From Candidatus Hermodarchaeota archaeon (lineage in GTDB: Archaea > Asgardarchaeota > Heimdallarchaeia > Hodarchaeales > Hodarchaeaceae): a DNA stretch of 6,644 bases. Where the stretch lies: positions 81,650 to 88,293 of the forward strand of contig JBHLKY010000020.1 in NCBI GenBank assembly GCA_048886185.1, given 5' to 3'. Numbering within the stretch: position 1 is the first letter of the stretch; each line of letters starts with the position of its first letter. The position numbers and the translations under genes are program-made. Of the stretch, positions 1 through 6,027 are shown piece by piece. Under the pieces are notes generated by a model. It ran no database searches. It was not told the origin of the DNA and saw nothing but the letters and a program-made list of their open reading frames with translations.

Positions 1-2280
1 AATACAGGTGGTGGGTACAGTTACTATATTAATCCAAGAAATTCACGGATTACTAGAAGAAAATACAATTCTCTCCCATATGATCGTCCAGGGAGGTATG
101 TGTATATTCGTGATAATAAAACAGGTGAATACTACTCACCAACTTGGCAACCAGTATTAAAAGAGCTTGATTCATATGAATGCCGACATGGTCTGGGATA
201 TACCAAAATCTCTTCCTCATATAAGGGAATTAAAAGTAGTATTCTCTATTTTGTCCCTATCGATGAAGATATGGAAATATGGAAAATTTCTATTGAAAAT
301 ACAACAAATGTGGATAAAAAATTAGGTCTTTTCTCATATGTAGAGTTTGTCCCTGGTGACGCGTATTCTGATGTTATTGATCATCCTAACCACTCCCACT
401 TCTTATATGCTAATTTTGATCCTGAGGAAAAGGCAATCTATGCGACTAACAAGATTGGGATATCCTTCCTACCTGAAGAAGACCAGTATAAAGATGATGG
501 CTGCTGGGGGAAGTTTGTATTCTTTAAGTCAACGCTAGATATCGTTGCTCATGACTGTAATCGTGATCATTTCATCGGTAGTCCCTATCGTTCTGAATCA
601 AATCCATTAACAGTTGAAAAAGGCCAACTAACTAATTCGATGCTAAATTCGGGCCATGCCTGTGGCGCCTTGCAAAGCAATGTTACTATCAAAACTGGGG
701 GAAAACTTGAATTCTGTATAATGATGGGTGTTGTTGACAGACTTGATTACAAAACCCAAACCCGTAAGATTCTTAATGAATGGACTCCTGAGAGGATCGA
801 GAAAAGTCTTGGTGATTTGAAGAACTATTATGAAGATCTTTTTAGTGCTATACATGTTAAGACTCCAAATGATAAGGTAAATAGACATATAAATGTTTGG
901 AACAAGCTTCAGGCAAAGGTTAATTTCACTGTCTCTCGAGATGCTTCTAGATATCACTGGGGTCTCTCTTATGGTATGGGTTTTCGAGATACCTCTCAAG
1001 ATCTTCTAGCTATGATTATGTTTGATGCTCCAGCTGCTAAGGAAGTCATTAAAGAGCTTGCCAGACAGATGTTCAGTGATGGAACTACATATCATAACTT
1101 CTTCCGAGTGTCTCATGATGGTATTAAAACAGGCCACTCGGATGATCCACTATGGCTGCCTCTTGCAGTTCAGTACTACTTGAATGAAACAGCTGATTTT
1201 GCATTTCTTGATGAAATTGAAATGTATGCCGATGGTAAAAGCGGTACCATCCTTGAACACTGCTATCGTGGTATTGACCAGGTCTGGAGTCAGAGAAGTG
1301 AAAGAAATATACCACTTATTCTTAATGGTGATTGGAATGATGACCTGAATGAATGTGGTAGGCATAAAAAGGGAGAAAGTATGATGGTGGCAGAACAGCT
1401 TTGCGTTGATCTTCAGTTTATGATTGAGATACTAACTTATACCAAAAGAGATCCTAAAAAGGTTAAAGAGTATAATAAAATCAATAAAATCATCACTGAG
1501 GAAATGAACAACTCTTGCTGGGATGGAAAATGGTACCATCGTTTTACCAAAGACGATGGTTCTGTACAGGGCACACATAAGAATGAGCAGGGGCAGATTT
1601 ATCTGAATGCACAATCTTGGGCTGTTATCAGTGGAATAGCAAAAGAAGAACGTGCGGTACAGTGTCTTGATTCTGTTCTCGAATATCTCGATTCAAAAGT
1701 TGGTCCTCGTATCTGTGCTCCAGCATATACGAAATCCGATGCTACCATTGGTGCAGCAACACGAGAAGCGCCAGGTAAAAAAGAAAATGCTTCTATTTTT
1801 AACCACCCTGTTACTTGGTTCATTCAAGCAAATACGATTCTTAAGAGGGGTAACATAGCATTCGAACAATATTATAAAACGCTACCAGAAATCCTATCTG
1901 AAGATCAAGATCTGTTTGCAGTTGAACCTTATGTGTACTGTGAATTTACAACTGGTCCCGATCATAAGGAATACGGGAAGGGTGGTCATTCATGGTTAAC
2001 AGGAACAGCTTCATGGATGTATTTTTGTGGTGTGAATTTCATTTTGGGCATTAAACCCACTTATGATGGCCTCATAATTGATCCATGTATACCAAGTGAA
2101 TGGGATAGTTATACTGCAATTAGGAAATTCAGGAATTCTACTTATAATATTTCAGTAAAAAATCCTAATCATAAAGAATCAGGAATATCTGAAGTCAAGC
2201 TAGATGGAAAATCATTTGAGAGCAATAAATTTCCCGTTTTTGATGATGGTAAGGAACATGTGATAGAAATCATCATGTGA
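1..2280 (+). CDS. GH94 glycoside phosphorylase (cellobiose/chitobiose phosphorylase-like), 5'-partial
   Basis: Frame +1 is open from base 1 (NTGGGYSYYINPRNSRITRRKYNSLPYDRPGRYVYIRDNKTGEYYSPTWQPV), matching the conserved GH94 N-terminal 'SNTGGGYS...GRY.YIRD...YWSPTWQP' segment. The GTG at 100 is therefore internal and the true start lies upstream of the window. Motifs: GMGFRDTSQD (973-1002), GDWNDD with the predicted catalytic acid Asp at 1339-1341, KENASIFNH (1780-1806, phosphate-binding His), SWLTGTASW (1990-2016), and C-terminal GIKPTYDGLIIDPCIPSEW. Stop TGA at 2278-2280; 759 aa lie in the window, consistent with a ~800-aa GH94 enzyme. Substrate cannot be assigned from sequence. Confidence 0.95.
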   Translation, partial: NTGGGYSYYINPRNSRITRRKYNSLPYDRPGRYVYIRDNKTGEYYSPTWQPVLKELDSYECRHGLGYTKISSSYKGIKSSILYFVPIDEDMEIWKISIENTTNVDKKLGLFSYVEFVPGDAYSDVIDHPNHSHFLYANFDPEEKAIYATNKIGISFLPEEDQYKDDGCWGKFVFFKSTLDIVAHDCNRDHFIGSPYRSESNPLTVEKGQLTNSMLNSGHACGALQSNVTIKTGGKLEFCIMMGVVDRLDYKTQTRKILNEWTPERIEKSLGDLKNYYEDLFSAIHVKTPNDKVNRHINVWNKLQAKVNFTVSRDASRYHWGLSYGMGFRDTSQDLLAMIMFDAPAAKEVIKELARQMFSDGTTYHNFFRVSHDGIKTGHSDDPLWLPLAVQYYLNETADFAFLDEIEMYADGKSGTILEHCYRGIDQVWSQRSERNIPLILNGDWNDDLNECGRHKKGESMMVAEQLCVDLQFMIEILTYTKRDPKKVKEYNKINKIITEEMNNSCWDGKWYHRFTKDDGSVQGTHKNEQGQIYLNAQSWAVISGIAKEERAVQCLDSVLEYLDSKVGPRICAPAYTKSDATIGAATREAPGKKENASIFNHPVTWFIQANTILKRGNIAFEQYYKTLPEILSEDQDLFAVEPYVYCEFTTGPDHKEYGKGGHSWLTGTASWMYFCGVNFILGIKPTYDGLIIDPCIPSEWDSYTAIRKFRNSTYNISVKNPNHKESGISEVKLDGKSFESNKFPVFDDGKEHVIEIIM

Positions 2281-2312
2281 CCTTTTTCAAATCTCAAAGA
2301 TCAAGAGACAGT

Positions 2313-2352
2313 TAGTTATAATATGGGTTAATGGATAATATTGTTATAACTA
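2313..2352. repeat. Inverted repeat TAGTTATAA-N22-TTATAACTA in the GH94-mutase intergenic region
   Basis: Perfect 9-bp arms at 2313-2321 and 2344-2352. The right arm overlaps the palindrome GTTATAAC (2343-2350) and the left arm overlaps TATAAT (2317-2322). The repeat is seen directly but its function is unknown. Confidence 0.45.
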
Positions 2353-2442
2353 TCAAATTGATTTTTAATAGCCTAGTTATCATTAATAACCATCATTAAT
2401 TGATACAAATAGTCGGTAGAAAGAGTATAGAGTCGAAAAGAG

Positions 2443-4587
2443 TTGGATGTAAAACAATTTGAAAAATTACTGACAAAAAATGAAGAAATCCTAAATAAAT
2501 TGAATCAAAGAAAGATTCTCTTAATTTCAAACCTTCTGAGTGGAGGGCTTTTACTAGATAAAGAAATAATTGAGTCAAATGCAGCAGTTTTCCCTGATGA
2601 TAGTTCTAGAATTATAGCTATCCTATTAAACTCTGAATATATTGTAAATTATCCTCATCCAGTATTAATTGATTTTTCAAAAACAATAGAATTTTATAAG
2701 AATAATCTCGCTCTACCTGAAAGTGAAAGAATTGAATCTTCCTTTTTAATGTCAAGGATTAATTTTATGGGAACAGATGGTATTCGTGGCAAAATATGTT
2801 TAGAGACAGAGGACTACTTGAAAGATTTTACAACTAAAAATATCCTAACTCCTGAACTTATCAGAAATTGCGTATTTTCATACGCCAATTTATTAGTTTG
2901 TAAGAAGATAATAGGAAAAAATGACACAGTTTGTATTGGAGACGATGGAAGGGATAAAATAACTAATGGAAAATTTAAGGAAGCTGTAATTGATGGTTTT
3001 CTTAGGGCAAATATTCATGTTTATGATTTAGGAATTGTACCTACAGGTATTGTGCCCTATCAAATTCTAAAAAAGGATTTTAAAGCAGGAGCTGTTTTAA
3101 CAGCCAGTCACAACCCATCGAATCAAAATGGGATTAAGTTCTTTCTTTATGGGAGAAAACTTCTACCTGAAGGAGAATTGGGTGATTTTACACTTTCAGC
3201 TTTAATGTATTTTTATTATATGCAGAAAACGTTACCAAAAAGAAGAGCTTCAATCACTATTTCAGAAAATATAGTAGTTGAAAGCACTAATTTTATTCTT
3301 TCAGTTTTACCACAAAATATTACAGACCTTCTAAAGGATAAAGTAATTATTTTTGATTCTGCAAATGGAGCATTTACAGAAATTGGAAAAAATGTTCTAG
3401 ATGCCTTGCAATTAGATTATAAGAATATTAATGACACTCCTGATGGACACAATATAAACAAGAATTGTGGAATAGCAGAATTGGAAGGTCATGATATTTT
3501 CCTCTTTGAATCCATAGTAACTTATCCTCGATTAATAAAGGAAATCTTCTCCATTGGGAAGATGAATGATCCAGGTAAGGTATTTGGTATATCCCTAGAT
3601 GGTGATGGCGATAGAGGATATGTAGTTCATTACAATAAAGAAAAAGATTGTGTTTATGTTATTAATGGTGATAAATGTGGTTATATTTTGGCTGAATATT
3701 TCCTAAAATCGAGAAAAATTAAAGCTAAAGATGTTTATTTTGTATTAACAATTGAATCTGATTTAATGGCTGCCACCAATGTTGAGAAGAATCTTGGCAT
3801 TAAAACAAAAATCGTCAGTGTTGGCGATAAATGGATAGGAAATTTTGATGAGGGAGAATTATTGATTGGAGTCGAAGTTTCTGGTCATGTAATTTTTCCA
3901 ATTGAGTTTATCAATGAATTAAATCAAAAAGTTAGACTTTTAACTGGAAATGGTCTTTTGACTAGTTTATTGGTATTAACAGCCATAAAAGAGTTGGATC
4001 TCTCAATAGAGAAAATTTCTCGGCCTTTTATACCAGGAATTTCTGAAACCTTTTATGTATTCTTCATTGACAAGTCTAGATTCTATAAAGGTAGTACAGT
4101 TTGGATAAAAGATATTGAATTGATAAATAGTGAAATTTCACGGTTAATTGAAAATAAAAGGCTAGGTTCGGATACTAAACTCGTGATAGAGGAAAAAGAA
4201 GACCCAAATGTGTTGTACATAAATATTGTTGATGCAAATGAGATACAAGGGTGCATTTTTATAAGGAATTCTGGAACAGAGGATAAAATTGCCGCATATA
4301 CTCTTGGAAAACAAGAAATGAAGGATATTCTTTACAAAATTGGTGAAAAATTAAGGAAGAATCACTCTTTATTGATGAAAAATAAGGATAAAATTGAGTT
4401 TAAATATGAAAGCCTAATAAAAACTATTCTATGCAAACAACCTATAATAAATCTGCAAGAATTAAAGGGAGTAATGGAACAGACTCTGGAACATCCAATA
4501 AATGAAAATAACCTCTATAATGTAGTATATGGGCTTAAGAAAGAAGGAACTATTAAATTAGACGATCAAATCGTACAATTACAATAG
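2443..4587 (+). CDS. Alpha-D-phosphohexomutase, phosphoglucosamine mutase (GlmM)-like, with N- and C-terminal extensions
   Basis: 714-aa ORF with all superfamily motifs in order: GTDGIRG (2770-2790), TASHNP with the phosphoserine at 3106-3108, metal-binding DGDGDR (3598-3615), VGDKWI, sugar-binding GVEVSGH (3868-3888; GlmM has GGEQSGH), and phosphate loop RNSGTE (4264-4281). The start is uncertain: TTG at 2443 is the first start after the in-frame TAG at 2428-2430, and the alternative is ATG 2749 (MSRINFMGTDGIRG). Stop TAG at 4585-4587. Confidence 0.9.
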   Translation: MDVKQFEKLLTKNEEILNKLNQRKILLISNLLSGGLLLDKEIIESNAAVFPDDSSRIIAILLNSEYIVNYPHPVLIDFSKTIEFYKNNLALPESERIESSFLMSRINFMGTDGIRGKICLETEDYLKDFTTKNILTPELIRNCVFSYANLLVCKKIIGKNDTVCIGDDGRDKITNGKFKEAVIDGFLRANIHVYDLGIVPTGIVPYQILKKDFKAGAVLTASHNPSNQNGIKFFLYGRKLLPEGELGDFTLSALMYFYYMQKTLPKRRASITISENIVVESTNFILSVLPQNITDLLKDKVIIFDSANGAFTEIGKNVLDALQLDYKNINDTPDGHNINKNCGIAELEGHDIFLFESIVTYPRLIKEIFSIGKMNDPGKVFGISLDGDGDRGYVVHYNKEKDCVYVINGDKCGYILAEYFLKSRKIKAKDVYFVLTIESDLMAATNVEKNLGIKTKIVSVGDKWIGNFDEGELLIGVEVSGHVIFPIEFINELNQKVRLLTGNGLLTSLLVLTAIKELDLSIEKISRPFIPGISETFYVFFIDKSRFYKGSTVWIKDIELINSEISRLIENKRLGSDTKLVIEEKEDPNVLYINIVDANEIQGCIFIRNSGTEDKIAAYTLGKQEMKDILYKIGEKLRKNHSLLMKNKDKIEFKYESLIKTILCKQPIINLQELKGVMEQTLEHPINENNLYNVVYGLKKEGTIKLDDQIVQLQ

Positions 4588-4701
4588 AGGTAATCTACTA
4601 CTATAAATCTTCTCTTGTTTGAAGCAATTTTACTCCTATTCTTTTCCATATCTCGATATAGAATGATTCAGATGTTGTTAATTTGTTTACTAAGAAAATT
4701 A

Positions 4702-5865
4702 CTATTTTATGGAGAAAAGCACTTCACCTTTGCATATTGTAGTAAGAACATTAAGCTCAGTGTCAAGAATCACAATATCCGCAACAAAATCTGGAGCTAA
4801 ACACCCGTAATTTGATAATTTCATTGCTTTTGCAGGATTTAATGTTGCCATTTGTACAGCTTCTTTTAGATCTAAGCCTATTTGAGTAACCATATTCTTG
4901 ATTGCGACATCCATAGTCAAAGTGCTACCAGCTAGTCTTCCTGTATCCTTTATTCTACTGATTCCATCTTTGAGTACAGTTTTTAAACCGCCTAATTCAT
5001 ATTCACCATTTGCAAGACCTGTTTCAGCTATGGAATCAGTTATTAAAACTAATTTCTCAATACCCTTTAGTTTAACTACTGTAGTAATGGTTCCTGGATG
5101 AAGATGAACCAGATCTGTAATCAATTCTGCATATACATCATCCCTTACTAAATATGCTCCAATTATTCCTGGTTCTCTATGATGAAAGGGTCTCATACCA
5201 TTGAAAAGATGACTACACATAGTAATACCAGCATCAAATCCTAATATCGCTTCTTTGTATGTTGCATTTGTGTGTCCAACTGCAACAACAATTCCCATTT
5301 CCCTAGCAAATTTAATGTATTCCACTGCCTTAGGAAGTTCAGGTGCAATAGTAATTCTTTTAATATTATTGCCAGAATTTCGAATTAATTCCTTTAATTC
5401 TTCTATATTTGGATTTCGAGCATATTTGATATTTTGAGCTCCTGCTTCTTTCCCCGTGTTTATATGGGGGCCTTCTAGGTGAAGTCCCAGTATTTCTGCT
5501 CCCTCCACTCTCTTTTTAATTACATTTCTTACTACATCACATACTTGTAATAAAATTTCTTGGGACTGGGTCACGGTTGTAGGTATAAAAGAAGTTACAC
5601 CATGTTTCAAAAGAGATTTTGATATTTTAACAAGACCCGACACGTTATTCGTTGTTACATCACAACCACCATAGCCATGTGTATGAATATCAGAAAACCC
5701 AGGGATAGCTATCCCATTAGGATAATATAGAACATCCTTGTATTGCGAGATCTCATTCCAACTTACAAGCTTCTTTATTTTATCTTTTTCAATAATAATG
5801 GCAACTTTCTTAAGTTCTTCTGTTGGCGTTATTGCCCTATCTATTTTTAAAACCAGTTGTTCCAT
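4702..5865 (-). CDS. nagA: N-acetylglucosamine-6-phosphate deacetylase
   Basis: Amidohydrolase NagA motifs: PGFSDIHTHGYGG, GLHLEGPHI, TIAPE, VGHTNAT, SHLFNGM, DLVHLHP, catalytic LITDS, LAGSTLTM, ATLNPAKAM. I prefer ATG 5865 (MEQLVLKIDRAITP, 387 aa) over the ORF-track start at 5937, because it has an AAGGA SD-like site 9 nt upstream and gives a typical NagA length. Stop TAG at 4704-4702. Confidence 0.95.
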   Translation of the reverse strand: MEQLVLKIDRAITPTEELKKVAIIIEKDKIKKLVSWNEISQYKDVLYYPNGIAIPGFSDIHTHGYGGCDVTTNNVSGLVKISKSLLKHGVTSFIPTTVTQSQEILLQVCDVVRNVIKKRVEGAEILGLHLEGPHINTGKEAGAQNIKYARNPNIEELKELIRNSGNNIKRITIAPELPKAVEYIKFAREMGIVVAVGHTNATYKEAILGFDAGITMCSHLFNGMRPFHHREPGIIGAYLVRDDVYAELITDLVHLHPGTITTVVKLKGIEKLVLITDSIAETGLANGEYELGGLKTVLKDGISRIKDTGRLAGSTLTMDVAIKNMVTQIGLDLKEAVQMATLNPAKAMKLSNYGCLAPDFVADIVILDTELNVLTTICKGEVLFSIK

Positions 5866-5874
5866 ATTGAAGCT

Positions 5875-5879
5875 TCCTT
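5875..5879 (-). promoter_or_regulatory. Shine-Dalgarno-like site for nagA
   Basis: The minus strand reads AAGGA-agcttcaat-ATG (5865), a 9-nt spacer. Confidence 0.5.
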
Positions 5880-5951
5880 GGAGTAATAGTAATCCTATAG
5901 CTAATATTGCTTGACCAACATGGCGATCTACCACCAAAAATATTCCTATAA

Positions 5952-5974
5952 GTTTTTATGTTTTATGTAAAAAC
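5952..5974. repeat. Inverted repeat GTTTTTA-N9-TAAAAAC in the divergent nagA/SIS intergenic region
   Basis: Perfect 7-bp arms at 5952-5958 and 5968-5974, with an internal tandem TTTTATG-TTTTATG (5954-5967). It lies near the middle of the 162-bp divergent gap. It is low in complexity, so its function is uncertain. Confidence 0.35.
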
Positions 5975-6016
5975 CAAATAATACTTCTTTGTTTTAATGC
6001 TAGAAACCAGAATTAT

Positions 6017-6020
6017 GGAG
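6017..6020 (+). promoter_or_regulatory. Shine-Dalgarno site for the SIS gene
   Basis: GGAG followed by a 7-nt spacer (ATAAATT) and ATG 6028. Confidence 0.7.
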
Positions 6021-6027
6021 ATAAATT

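Noticed and set aside
100-102. GTG start of the 726-aa ORF in the track
   Set aside because: The frame is open from base 1 and encodes conserved GH94 sequence upstream of 100, so this codon is an internal Val.
347-1858. Short ORFs at 347-538, 643-999, 1124-1315, 1150-1365, 1432-1614, 1599-1823 and 1652-1858
   Set aside because: All lie inside the GH94 gene in other frames or on the opposite strand and show no recognisable motifs; they are shadow ORFs.
2396-2578. 60-aa minus-strand ORF
   Set aside because: It is antisense to the mutase 5' region; its hydrophobicity mirrors the A-rich sense strand, and I recognise no family.
2443-4587. Assigning the symbol glmM
   Set aside because: The extensions, insertions and altered specificity motifs make housekeeping GlmM orthology unproven.
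4615-5437. Short plus-strand ORFs at 4615-4800, 4898-5101 and 5255-5437
   Set aside because: They overlap nagA in antisense and have no motifs or convincing SD sites.
5911-5916. TTGACC as a sigma70 -35 box for the SIS gene
   Set aside because: No -10-like hexamer lies 16-18 bp downstream (5934-5939 is CCAAAA).
5866-5937. 24-aa N-terminal extension of NagA (MVVDRHVGQAILAIGLLLLQGSFN), superficially like a signal or membrane segment
   Set aside because: NagA is cytoplasmic, ATG 5865 has an SD-like site and gives a normal length, and the extension lacks a basic n-region and occupies the likely promoter region.
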